The position numbers were made by a program, and so were the translations under genes. A model generated the notes under the pieces. The model worked only from the letters and a program-made list of their open reading frames with translations, was not told the origin of the DNA and did no database searches. DNA of 64,000 nucleotides, taken from NCBI GenBank assembly GCA_964035545.1, contig OZ037768.1:13463675-13527674 (forward strand), written 5' to 3'. Of this stretch, positions 26,001 through 38,700 are shown one piece after another. Position 1 is the first letter of the stretch; each line of letters starts with the position of its first letter. The stretch is from Bugula neritina (lineage: Eukaryota > Animalia > Bryozoa).

Positions 26001-28825
26001 CTAAAACACTGTAAGTAAATGTATTGTACAACTGTCAAACACAAACACAACACATATCTTAATATTTTACATCCCAGAGATATTTGTTGTATATATGTGT
26101 AGTAAATCATGTCACTTTTAATGTTTACAAGTATTCTCACACGTACAACAACTAAATATACAGACAGAAAGCCTATCAACGTATTTTAGCATATTATCCA
26201 TCTTTCATAACAGCCAGTAAAACTAATTTATAACTCAAAACATTTACAAATAAATATATAGCTCAAATATAAGTACATACAAGTAGTTGGAATACAGCTA
26301 GATAAACCTGTATACACCATGATTATAGATACTTACAAATGGACTAGAGAGATTCTGCAATTCAAATACTGTTCTACCTTCCTCTAGACTAACAAGGGTA
26401 GGCTGTAGTTCTTGTCCACCTAATACACGTTGGAATATATAATATAATAGTTCATCATATATTGTAGAAAGACCAATCACTTTATGACTATGTATTAGGT
26501 TGCTTTTTCAACATGAATGAGCCAGTTTTTATATTAAAAACAAAAACTGTAAAAAAACAAGCAAATAAAAGTAGCATAGCCAAAATAAAATGAATAATAG
26601 ATGCTTAACTTAGAGAAGTAATAGCACTAGACACGTACATTTGATATAAAATGGTTCTTTTGTTGGGGGAGAGTTGAATGAGTGCGTTATTCTCTCAATA
26701 GCAACTTCCAGTTCGGCAGGCCATCTTGGTAACTGCTGAGGCCCCAACGTTGGGTTAGTTATAGCAAATAGTTGTCTCGGCTCCCTTAATCTCGACACCT
26801 GATCAGCAGTAACAATAATATACACATAAGTACTCTTTGAATATAGATTACAATATTTCTGTTTAGACACACTGATTATTATCAAGTAATGATATGCCAA
26901 TCAACTATTATGCTATATTTAAAAAAGCTCTTAATTCATTTCAATAAAAGCTAAAACAACATCTTTTGTTTCCTAACACAAATGAATTAACTGCAACTCA
27001 ATGAACTGGAAATATTAATTGGCTAGTTGAGTATGCAATATGACACTCAACAAATTAAAGTTCAAAATATGAAAAGTAAATATTTAAAATAAAACACAAC
27101 TCACCAATCGACCATCTTCAAATCTGTATTCCAGTTGTTTTGACTTTGCATCTGTATTTGCATCTATATCATAAAATAATAACAGAAAAGTATGCAAAGA
27201 ACAGTATTAAGGCCTATTATATTACATGTTTTAGTGACTACTGTATAACGTTGTAGGTGCAGCTAAAAATAATTGCTGTTGCTTAAATAAATTTGTCATC
27301 TTCAAGTTTGATTTTCATTAGCCAAAAGAATAAAACTACATTAGTTAACAAAAAAGGATTCTCATCTAATCAATTGAAACAAGTGATAAATGATTAAACA
27401 AGGCCACAATAAGTATACAGAGTTGATGATAAAATCTGTATAGCAGTATAATGTTTCATAAAATTTTTGCTCATTATATATTTTCGTTATTGTACTAAAC
27501 ATTAATTTTTCAAGACAAATGACATTAGAAGGCGAGAAATAAATGGCAGCATTTAATCCTAAAAACCCTCCTCACAAAAAATATGGGACAAAAATTATTA
27601 AATAATACATTCTTTCTAAACACAGCATGAAGTGTTTCTATGGTAGCAGTGATTAAAATTATATTACAGCTCATCCACAATAAAGAATGATATACCTTGT
27701 TGTTTATCTTCTTCTTCTGAGCTGCCCAGTTTGTAACCATGAGTTCTGTTGAAGTCATTGAAAAGAGGAGAGGTCTTTGTTCGTTCTCTATTTCGACCTT
27801 TTCACATTAAATAAAGCATACAAATATGATCATATGTTGAGTCTAGATAATTTGATGCAAACAGCTAAACAGGAGCTGTTACATGTCTAGCTTATTACTT
27901 CTATAGTGAAAGGGTAATTCAACAGTAAAATTTAGTCCAGGTGGAATAAAAATCAATAAGAAACCTTAGTATATATTTGTACAGGCAAGGAAATATCTTT
28001 AAAAAAGCTAATAACACCAATATTGGTATCTCAGTAAAACAGAACAAGCAACTAAAGAGCTTATCTAAAAATATCTCACAAGTAGAGATTAAAAGTCAGA
28101 CAGTGAAACAGACTAATATAAACTGGAAAAAATTTGTAGGATAGTTTGGTAATAGGAAAGCTCTACCAAACCCTGGAGATACTGCAACACAGCTAGCTAT
28201 GTATTCATGAAATATAATTTAACAGGTCACAGGGTAGATAACAACACAGACCTATGACTACATAGATTAGAGACCAAACACTATGTAACAAAGAGAAGAA
28301 AGATGTAGTCATAAAAATAGCCCAAAGAGAATAAAAATATAATGCCATTATCAGTCCTCCTGAGGTTGAATAAAAAGGTTTACAGAAAGTAAGTCCTAAA
28401 ATAAACAAGCATGTCTAGAACAACTTAGAACTAGATTAGTAAACCAATATGTTCTACAAGCTTACCTGTGTAGTACCCATAATAGGATAAATGCTTTTTC
28501 ATAAAATCATCATACGGGTTCTGCAAAATATAAAAAAAATATTATTTGAACATTTAAACATATTGAGATATAAAAGATTCATTCAATACTACAGTAAAGT
28601 TTCAAATTATTTTTTCAAGTTAGCTTTATTTAACATTTAACTTAGCACAAAGAATAACATGCAGAAAAATTGTTGCCTGCTAGTTATCTGTATTACTATC
28701 TGTGTGCATATATTGTGAGAAAAACTCTTCTCTTCCACTACTAATTAGAACAGTATAGAAAATTAAATGCTTACACTGGCAAAACTGCTAGGCTCACACG
28801 CATCTCGGCCCTTATAACTTGGCAT
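8005..28825 (-). CDS. AGBL2: Cytosolic carboxypeptidase 2/3 (M14D tubulin deglutamylase) with long C-terminal tail
   Basis: ATG at 28825, then [17 protein letters not shown] (AGBL2-type N-terminus), RLREPRQLF...[38 protein letters not shown]. Zinc ligands ARVHPGE (about 23850-23875) and CDLHGHSRK (about 23260-23290), NPDG..GNYR, catalytic FTME. About 30 exons; tail exons traced in frame to about 8426. The last exon and stop near 8005-8080 are uncertain. Probable 5'UTR exon at about 30752-30830. Confidence 0.93.
9463..9960. mobile_element. Diverged foldback/MITE-like element with about 180-bp inverted arms containing 15-bp subrepeats
   Basis: Left arm ...GCATGGCCATTTCCAGAGTGAGCCGTTCAAAAT is complementary to right arm ATTTTGAACAGCTCACTCCAAAAATGGCCATGT...; internal ~15-bp units such as GAAAATAGACAACTG. 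Confidence 0.7.
10212..10368. mobile_element. About 160-bp MITE, copy 1 (family shared with 42188-42347)
   Basis: TAGATGCAGTAATGGAGAAA...TTTCTCCACTACGGCTCT; aligns along its length with the copy at 42188. Confidence 0.75.
12116..12535. mobile_element. Degenerate PIF/Harbinger-type MITE
   Basis: Imperfect TIRs GTGTGATGCCACATTAGA / TCTAATGTGGCCCCACGC, flanked by TTA on both sides. Confidence 0.65.
12826..13168. mobile_element. PIF/Harbinger-type MITE
   Basis: About 47-bp near-perfect TIRs (GCCTAGGGCCACAC..GCGTATTTTCGCATGCGAAAATTGAAATCACA) with TTA TSD at 12823-12825 and 13169-13171. Confidence 0.88.
13283..13494 (+). mobile_element. tRNA-derived SINE with 19-bp TSD
   Basis: A box TGGTCTAGGGG, B box GGTTCAAACC, body GGTGATGTCAGGAAGAGCATCCAGTCATAAT. 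Direct repeat TATAGGTGTAACACACCTG at 13264-13282 and 13495-13513. Confidence 0.88.
14295..14723. mobile_element. Near-perfect 430-bp palindromic foldback element
   Basis: About 210-bp arms, 4-nt loop TTTT at 14505-14508, about 6 mismatches plus one 5-nt indel. Termini GGGTCA...TGACCC with AAAT on both sides. Confidence 0.9.
16435..16580. repeat. Tandem repeat, unit about 35-37 bp, about 4 copies
   Basis: TAGAGTTTATATAGATATGAT..AGTATAAAATAC units abutting an AGBL2 splice acceptor. Confidence 0.75.
17309..17441. mobile_element. Small MITE (about 133 bp)
   Basis: TIRs TCACTGCGTTTCCAT / ATGGAAACGTAGTGA, plus internal inverted AATGGATTTT / AAAATCCATT. Confidence 0.65.
19836..19930. repeat. Tandem repeat, unit about 14 bp (TAGTGTATACTATG)
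   Basis: Directly visible in a short AGBL2 intron. Confidence 0.8.
20779..21047. mobile_element. hAT (Charlie-like) MITE, right TIR truncated
   Basis: Starts CAGGGGTGTCCAAC and ends ...GTTGGAC; repeated GAGGGCCAC/GGGGGCC subterminal motifs. Confidence 0.65.
22250..22480 (-). mobile_element. Degenerate SINE related to 13283-13494
   Basis: Reverse complement of about 22357-22391 reads ATTCGTGATGTCAGGAAGGGCATTCGGTCATAAT, matching the SINE body. Ends are approximate. Confidence 0.6.
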
Positions 28826-30978
28826 GATCTGAACATTACGTCTAAAACAAATGAAGCCAAAAACAGATGTAGTTTCAAACGACAGCAGTTGAAAGTAAAT
28901 TGAACACAATATTAGGTCTAATTATAGTCTAGACTTATAACCTAAAGATAAACTTGAATGTTGCCCTGAGATAATTTTCTCAGTAAGCATATAGTTTTTA
29001 AACAATTACATTTACTGAACCGGGAAAAAATAAAGTTCTAAAATTTAAATCATGTAATTATTAATAAAACCCATTTTTATATTTACTGGGCATTATAAAT
29101 AAGATATTAACAATGCGTTATTTTTGCATTTGAAAACTATTTTCAAGTTCTCGATAACTAATAAAACAATGGCTAAAAGATATTGTTTGCTTAAGTTCTA
29201 ATATATCATAAGTATAATTTAGTAATCAGAGGCAAGCAAACCTGAAAACTCTAACAGCACTGTTAAATAGTATCATAAATATTATAATAGTTACTAATTT
29301 ATTAAATGTTACGTATAATGACTAAAGCATTACACTTGTAAAATGCTGTAACATGATGTCAAGCTATACTGACTATCATCATGATAATTAACAAATAACA
29401 AAATCTATATGCCAAATGCCAATAATATGACACAATTGTATGAGACTTAACAAAGAAAGTAAATAAAAGTTATTTTAGCTTACTAGTACAAAATGTAGCA
29501 TATTGTGTTAAAATTATATAACTCAAGTTTCTATTAATTTATATATAGATGTATCTGCAAAGTATTTAAACTTATTAGAACAATAACTACCCCAAGTATA
29601 ACAAAGCCTATATAAATAATACAACAGATGAAAAGATCAAATGTATGACTGTTAGATATAAAATTGATTACAAAATTGATATTACAACACTTGTATAGAG
29701 AACAAGCATCAACTAAAACATCGTGCCTCTAATATCTTACAAAGGGAAAATAACAGCTATGTTGGTTTTAAAACATGCTGAATTCAGTTGTACTTATTGT
29801 AAAATAAATACAAATATAAACATTGCATTTTTACCTACAATCATAAATAGAAACTGTAAAATACTATTAATGTAGAAAATTAAAATATCAGCTTAATACA
29901 AAATGAGACTCAAGGTCATAAATAGCTGAATATTTAGCACGTAATTAAATTATAACATTATTATTATTATGATCAATTCAATTAATAAATTGATATTTTT
30001 ATATTAGTAGACATAATATTTAGAATTGATATTATTTGCCATAGAGCTATTCCTCATTTACTGCAACTGTAAGTGTAAGTAGTAAGACCACGCTATCAAC
30101 TAAAAACTACAAACTTTAGGTAAAGAAAATAATTATTCACACTGTGAATGATATGGATCTTGCATAGCCAAAACATAAACTGTAAAACTAAATAATATAG
30201 AGACTAAAACTATTGTTACAATACGTGTAAATTACTATATTAAATCCATTGCTAATAGTAATACAAGTTGAGCATCATCATAATCATGATAATACTAATA
30301 CTAATAGTAATACTAATAGTAATACAGTAATAGTTAGTGTTACCATTTCAATAACTTTAAGCATAGGCTATTTTTTTATTATAATCTCATTAGATTTTTT
30401 TATATGTTATACTTAATCTTATGAACTACTTTAACTTATAGGTTAAAGCTCATTATCATTAGAGAATGATTTTCATTGTCATATTGATAATGATATTCAG
30501 TGACTGTGAGTTTGACCATGTCCATTGTGATTGTGATTGAATAAGTATATCATTGTGATTGACATGAACTTAAAATTTAACATATAACCTTGTTCGATTA
30601 TCTCTAATTATCAGAATAAAAAAGAGAGCTAGTGTAACTCTTAATCTCACCAATAGAAAAGGTAATTTTATAAAAAGTGGTCACTGCCAGTGTCCAAGTG
30701 GAACTACATTCAGTTTTCCGCTCAGGTCAGCTACTCGTGCACTGCTATTACCTTTGAGCTTGGCTGGCAACGGTGTAGTCCGAGAATAAAATTACTTGTT
30801 GGATGAAGACGAGAGAGCGTTACAACGTAACTTTGCTAGAGTTGTCTTATGCATAAAGAAAAAAACTCCGTAGGTTTTTGTAGCTTATTCAAGTCACGGT
30901 TAGGACTTCGGCATAGCTATGATTTGTGCCGTAACAAAATATGAGGTGCTCATTGGCGTGTAGGTTAAATATGCACAG

Positions 30979-30992
30979 CTCTTTTCCGTTTT
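30979..30992 (+). promoter_or_regulatory. TCT/5'TOP polypyrimidine initiator of RPL39
   Basis: CTCTTTTCCGTTTT about 40 nt upstream of the RPL39 ATG, typical of animal ribosomal protein gene starts. Confidence 0.75.
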
Positions 30993-31020
30993 AGTAACTG
31001 CTACTAAAAGAAGGGCCGAA

Positions 31021-32505
31021 ATGGTGAGTTGTTTTTATCTCTGTAAATCCATGCTAATTAGATCATTGTAAATGTCTTAATCAATATTTCAAGCTTTTTT
31101 AAGACATCAAAACCAAATATGTTGATATTTTAGGGATCCCACAAATCTCTAAAGATTAAACTGCATCTTGCCAAAAAGATGAAGCAAAACAGGCCTATTC
31201 CACAATGGACTCGTATGAAAACTGGCAACAAAATTAGGTTTGTAAGCAGATCAATTCTATGCAAAACTGGCAATTAAGGGTATGGGGTACACCAGTTATA
31301 TAAGAGCAAATGTAGCCTGTTGTATTGACACTTTGGTTAATTAGAATGAGTGAGAATCAGAATGAAAATGTGCCTTAATCATTCAAAGATGATTGGTCAA
31401 TTAAATTTAATGAATTTTAAATTAACCTTTTAGTTATACTTATTCGTTGTCATTCTAAGACTAAAATTCGAAATACTAATAGTCTTGACTCTCACTCTGT
31501 TGTTGGTTTAAGTTATAGCGTGCTTGCTCTCTAAAAGTGAAATTCTTCTACTTGCAACTGCAAGCACAAGCCAAAGCACATTTTTATTTTATTTTTGCTT
31601 AAAATTAACCATTTTCCCTCACACTGCTCACAATCTATTCAATTAATGTTGATTTGTATGTAGATTAAAATTGTCAATAAATGTATAATTTAACTTCAAC
31701 TCTTAGTTTTAGTACAATTTTGCTTCATTGAAAAATATTTCAATATTATAGTAAGCAGATAAATTGTATGCAAAGCTAGTAGTTGTAAGGTTGTGGTACA
31801 TCAGTTTACTAAGAATGAATGAGATATGTTGTATTGACAGTCGGATTGATGCGAATTTTCATCTGATCAATCGAACAAGATAATCATAAATTAAAACTGA
31901 TGGTGCTAAAGATTGCCCACATTAAATTTAATTTTAAATGTAATGACTTCAATATTTGTATTAATCAATTAATAAATTTTCATTTATCCTTATAATTATA
32001 CTTATCGTCATTCTTTGGCTTCGTTGTAACATTTTGCGGCATTATAAAGGGATTATAATTGTTATAGTTATGGCTAGTAGTTGAAAAAATGTGCAACTGA
32101 TTGATCCTCTATTTCTAAATAGTTTATGGCTTAATTGAACAATTCATGCTAGTATATGAAATGAAGAATTTTACATGAAAACATATTTTTAAGCTGTTAG
32201 TATTTTGCCAAGATTGTGTTTTTTTGCTTATGGCTGTTTAAAGTTGCTTATAGTGTTCATAGAAATTGACTCTATTTCAACACCAGGCCTTAGCAGTACA
32301 GTTTAGTATGTAGTTAAAAGCATAGGTATAATAATTCCAAGTAACTGTGAATGGTAATGCATCTTTTCATTCTTCATTTAAAGGTGGTAAACCGCTAAAA
32401 ATTGAATTAGGATTTTATTATATGCTTGTTCACTTGTGTATTTGATAATGCTGTAGATATAATGCCAAGAGAAGACACTGGAGAAGAACCAAACTAAAAT
32501 TGTAA
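31021..32505 (+). CDS. RPL39: 60S ribosomal protein L39 (eL39)
   Basis: Exons 31021-31023 (ATG only), 31134-31237 and 32457-32505 give [51 protein letters not shown] (51 aa). Confidence 0.98.
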
Positions 32506-32741
32506 TCCTTAGATCCAGAGTCAATAATTTAACACTAAAAGGAGTCTTGCAAAGTTACTATTTGGCTGTTGACATTTTCTGTAAATGTTTTGTTAATAGC
32601 TGATAATACAGTCTTGTAAACTATTTCAACCTATCAAGTTTATTTGATCAACAAGTTGAAGCTCCACTGCTACTGTAAGTGATTGATAGAATATATATTT
32701 ATAATTAGAAGGATTATAGTTGTAAAAGCTGAAAAGACTTC

Positions 32742-35700
32742 TTAGTTCTTGTCAATCGTGTCTTTTATCCAATCAGCAAAGTTGGCTACTTTAGTATATA
32801 CTCCAGGCATGTTTGGCACTAAAATATATACAGTTATATCAGTTCTAATGCTTCCAGCTGCATTAAAAGACAAGTTCGGTTAAATTCAACTAATGGTTGA
32901 TTTTCCCCACAGAATGTCATGATTTGTAGCATCATCTGAGTAATACTGGAAAGGGAAGTTGATAGTAAAAAGCTATCTGCTTCTTATTTAGTTTACAATA
33001 ATATAATATTTAGCCTTCATGAGTATTTAAAAGTCTGCCAGCCACTACTTATATTGCTGTGAAGTTCCATGATATAAGGAGGGCAAAGTGTATACATGCA
33101 TTGTAGTGATTAAGTGATGCCTTTATAGGTCAATTTTCTTATTTTGAAGGAAGTATTCCACAGTGCGCAAAACACTACTGGTTAGCTTATTCAATATGCT
33201 GACCTTAAAATGATTTATTAAAATTCCTGCTTATAAAAATTTTTGGTGATGTCAAAATGTAAGTTTTCGAACAAGTTAGGGCAAAATAACTTACAGCCAC
33301 ATCCTAGTCCCCATGATGTTACTCCTTGCAGGTAGTATTTTCCATTGATCTTGCATGACAATGGGCCACCACTATCTCCCTGTAATGTAGTCAGTATATA
33401 CTGTACAATACACATCATGTCTGATCAAATGAAAGAAAATTATGAAAATAGGTATGTGTTAAAGGGCATATGTTTGTACTTGACATGCATTGATTTTCTA
33501 AGTAGGCTATTGCCAGTTACAGTAATAGATCTGTTTATCTTATATATCTGAATGGCCTCTCCTCAACTAGTACCTACCCCACAGCCATCATGCTGCCCTC
33601 TTGGATGCCCTGCACAGAACATGTTGTCCGTTACATCACCTGCAAGCCATGCTGCTGAGTTACATGTTTCTTGGTTAATTATTGGCACTGCCGCCTGCTT
33701 CAAAACACTCCTGTAGCCAGTACCTAGAGGGACAAAGTCAGATATTTCATGTGGGCTCACAGGAATAACAACATAACCTTTGTGAGAAATCTGGAAGTAA
33801 TGTGACCACCTTTAGTCTCTCCCCATCCAGTCACATAACACATAGTGTTGTCAGGTGCATGAGTATCTGGCAGGCAAATCGGGCGAATCTCATCCGTAAT
33901 CTTAACTGGATTCTCAAGCTTTATCAAAGCAATATCACTATCTGTGGACGCCTCATCGTAGTGTGGATATTCAAAAAACTTTGATGCTTTGACTTTCAAC
34001 TAAAATTTATATATTAGTATGAATTATTTACATATGCATCATGCCTATATATCACTAGTTGTTCAAATTTGCCATCCTACATGTCCAGTGCTACCAGTGT
34101 TGAGTATATTATATTAGAATACAACAATAGTGTTGACTCACTGAACCCGACTCATAGGCGGAGTTATGCTTCCCTAAGTAGAACTGCCATCTTGAGGGAG
34201 ATAGTGTTCTAAAATACACCAACAATCTATCTAAACTCAAATTATAACTAATTGGAGCAGAGAAAATTATAATGAGGTACAGAATTAAATCTACAGACAT
34301 ATTTTACTAGTTGCAAGATTATCTAAATAACACATTTGATACAGAGTTATGGTTATTGGGATGAACACTTACTTTTCTTCAAAGCAATGAGCAGCAGTTA
34401 CAACCCATTGGGGGTGTACAAGGGTCGCCCCACAAAGGAAGAAATAGTTGTACATAACATAAACCTGCCATGGCCAGCTATGGTCATTAGCTTCAGTTCC
34501 ACCAACCACCCTGGTGTTCCCAGCTCTCGGTGGGTATTTTTCACTTTGTGTTCCACATAAGGATGTTCCTACAATAGGCCAAGTTATAAAATATCAGAGC
34601 TAAAACATTTTCAATTACCTCACATTGCAGCTAGCAACGAGCTTTTATTTAAAATGACCAAGTATAATTCAAAAATGCTATAATTCTTCAACATTTTGCT
34701 CAAATTATTAGCAATATTTATTCTGTCTATAATTTTATACATTGGCTATAGTAAATAAATATATAGATACTGTTAATAACAGAGTATAGCACACTGAATT
34801 GGATGGTCTTGTACTATCTAATGTACTGCAACAACCTACCATCATAACAAGCTCTTTCATCAGAGTTATCTCCACAATCATCTTTTTTGTTGCACCTCAG
34901 ATTATCAGCTATACATTTGTTAGTACCGCATCTAAATTGTCCAGTTTTACACACCACTAAAGTAATAAGACAATACATATACATACATTTTCCCATAGAA
35001 AGTTAGGTGGTTATTTACTATCTATATTCATAATGTGGTATACCTCTTCAGTTATTCTGCTAATATTTAACATGCATACAATATACACTCACCAGGGGGA
35101 TCTACAAATGTGAAAACTGCTTTAAATCCATCACGGCCATTGTCTTGATCTGTAAGGAACTGCACAAACATCTTGTTGGTCTTGGATTGCACAGGGGTTG
35201 GTAGGCTGTCACCACAAACCCTTTTCAGTAAGGGTGCTGAGGATGAAGTCCCATCATACATCGAAACATCATCGTAGCCACACGAACTATCAGCTTCCAA
35301 ATCAAAGGCCTCAAATGTCAACTTTACAACCTTAAAAATTGAATTTTAAGTTGAATTTGGTGCTGATTGAAACGCAAAATAAGCTAATAGAATATTTTAT
35401 ATTTGTTATTATGGAACTAATGAGTACTTTTTATGTAGCGTCATATAGCACTGAAATAAGAGAATTTTTTGACGGTCAAAGAATTCGTTATTATTTTGGT
35501 GCATGTTACTGGTTACCAATGTATATAGGCCTAAATTAAATTGGTACTTGAAGTTTAAGTTGACGCAATTCAATGAAGACAAGCTTGTGATACAACAATA
35601 CCTTCATTGCATATTGTGTCCCTGAGAACATGTTATTCTATGTATAATTCACATTACCACAAGTTGTTTACTTTGTTGGGTGCACAACTCCTACTGTACA

Positions 35701-38700
35701 ATATAAAATGACTATGCATCAAAGACAACCCTATACATGTATATACATAAAATACCTACATATATACTACACTTCATATGCTATTTACAATTAACCCGCA
35801 GACTGCCTATATATACATATAACTGTAGAAATGGTATAATTTTGTTCAAAGAGATACCAAACTGTGACTCCTCAGTACTCACCTTGTCATCTGGTGCTGT
35901 TATGAGCCAGGAGCAGTTCAAGTAGGCATCATATTCTGATACTTTGCCATAGTTCAAAGATTGTATGCTGCCGGGAGAGTTGAGGTACCTAGACCCCCCA
36001 CAACCGGATGGGACACCTAAAAATTATTTTGTGTTCTCACATGCTATTCCATGATGAAATAATTATAGAACTAAACGAGATCTGGTTAACTGACACCCCT
36101 CTAAGAACTGCCTACTAACACGAAGAGGGTTCTGCAACTTAATACACAGCAGAGGAGGCTCTTTACCTGGAGTGGTGGGAAGGTCTGTCACATTCTGGTT
36201 TGAAGACATGGTTGTTGGTGGTGACTGAGTTGTAGTGCTTACTGTGTCTAAATTAGTAGACGAAGAATAATATCATTTCATGATTTTATATGGTATAACA
36301 TAAATTTATTAAAGGAACTTTTTTCAACTGCTTTCAACATGCACAAGAAATAATAAGCATATTTGCATTCACATACCCACTATAGGAGTTTTCTGATATG
36401 AAATTTTGAAGCCATATCCATTAGCTACAGAATCAGCTTTGAACACAAGATAGAATCCAGTTGTGGATGTCATCTTATCCGGTAGTTTTGATCCACACAA
36501 GTTTCCAGCCAAAAGAGATTGTTCACTGTTACCCAGATAAACCTATAAGGAATCAGTTCTATTTGCTTATAGCTTTTGACATTATATATAAAGTTTATAT
36601 GTTTTGTTATTAAACGTGCACAGTGCAAATAACATAGAACATGCAAAGCATAGCAAATATAAGCCTAACAAAGTAGAATTTAATTTGAATTAGAAAAACG
36701 ATGAAAAACGGGTTTTTCTATAACTAAGCATGTCACCATTTTGTAATGCAAACCTTCAGCGAATCATATTTGCAAGCGTCACTCTCTTCCAGGTTAAATT
36801 CGTCAAAACTAAGAGTCGTCTTCACGCCTGGCTGCCTGGGAATTACCCAGACACACTCTGATTCCCCATACATAGTGGAGCCAACTCCCGTGTGAGATGT
36901 TATTTGTCCAGAGACATCAGTTAGCTCTCGAGGTCCTCCGCAACCAGAGAGTGCAGCACCAGATGTCCCTTAGTAATATAAGGCACATTATTGGTGCTCA
37001 ATTAAGGAAAACTTATAAACATAGAAAAACTCATTTCTCATACATTATTTAAAAGAAAGATACCTGAAACTGCTCTCCATGTAGCACTAAAACCCTTCTT
37101 ATTTATAATGCTATCCGATAGGAACTGAATCACCATCTTATTTGTACTTGATACAATGGGGGCCGGCTTACTTTGCCCGCAGTATCTACCTGAAAAAGAT
37201 ATACAACATTTATAACTACTAAGGCTATATTTTATGGATTTCATGTCAAAGGATCTTTATATAAAAATAATTTTAGTCGTCAAAAATAATAATAAAATAA
37301 AAAACAAAGAACAAAATGTATAATAGAAATTGGTAAGTGTTGGCAATAGAGCTTATTGTCTTCTATTATAAGAAAAATTCCATATTTAATGTAGTGTAAT
37401 TATATAAAACAGCATCTAGATTGTTACTCGTTTTCTTAAAAGCACCTGAAGCACTTAATATTACTATTAGAAATGCATGCATCCCTATGCTTATCTAACT
37501 TAAAACATTTCAGCAGAATATATCTGTGCCATGCATGATGTCTAGCGCTTAATCTTGCTTGTTGTTATATACTATATTATTATTGCACCAAGTCAAGTGC
37601 AACCATAATTCTCTGTGAAAATGAAATTCAAACCGCTTTACAGTGCATTTCAAAGCTACATCTTTGGTATGTTTTGGATTTAAAATTAGTTGATGCGATT
37701 ATTATTTCAATGTTGTTGATAAAACTTTATTGATTATTGATGACTTACCAATCAGCTCATGGATGCTCACTCTCTTATTATATATTGAAACTGAGTCATG
37801 CTTACAACTTCTGGAACCCCCCAACTCCTGGCTACCCGTTTCAAGTTGGAAGTCATTAAATGACAACTCAATTCTCTACAAATTAGAGACCTCAGGCTAT
37901 TAGATAGATTGCATAATATGGTCATATTATTACACAATATGACACCACTAATTTTGTAGCAGTTCAAACAGTGTAGCTTAGCCACTTGTTTCTAAGCATG
38001 TAAGCAATCGTTCAAAATATTTATTATGTAAAAGAAAAATTTGAAACCTTATGGTCTGTAGCTGTAATCAGTAGTTGTTACAGGAAATGAATTTTTAGAA
38101 TGGTACCTCTTCAGGTTTTACTTCTATAGTCCAGGTACAAAGAGAGTTAATAGAATAGAGGTTGGGGTAATTAGCTGAAGTAAAACTTCCATCTGTTCCT
38201 GTTAAGTTGAAGGGGCCACCGCAGTCAGAGTTGGTGGTAGCTGTAGAGTTATCTATAGCTTTTGTTACAGAAGATGACACTGAAACAACAATAAAACATA
38301 AAAATGTGAAGATGAATCTTTACGTTTACACAAACATACAGTATATATAAATTACAATGAGATACAGACATAAAGCTTCCTGTGAAAGAACAGTAATTCA
38401 TCTCCACCTGTTGTTGCTTCTGTACAGTTGTCCTCATCAGACATGTCACCACAGTCATTGTCGCCGTCACATACATAGTGCTGAGGTACACACTTGTCAA
38501 CTTGGCAGTGAAACTCATTAGCACCGCAGCTAGGAAAATATTTCAAATGTATTTTCTAAATGCTAAATCTATAAAATTCATAATTTACAAATGTGCAGTT
38601 ATATATGTACAAGCAGTAAAAATTACTCAGCAATTGCAAGAGAAGTAAAACCATGCATTTGCTCCCACATGAGCATAAAATTTATTTGATAGTTTGCTGT

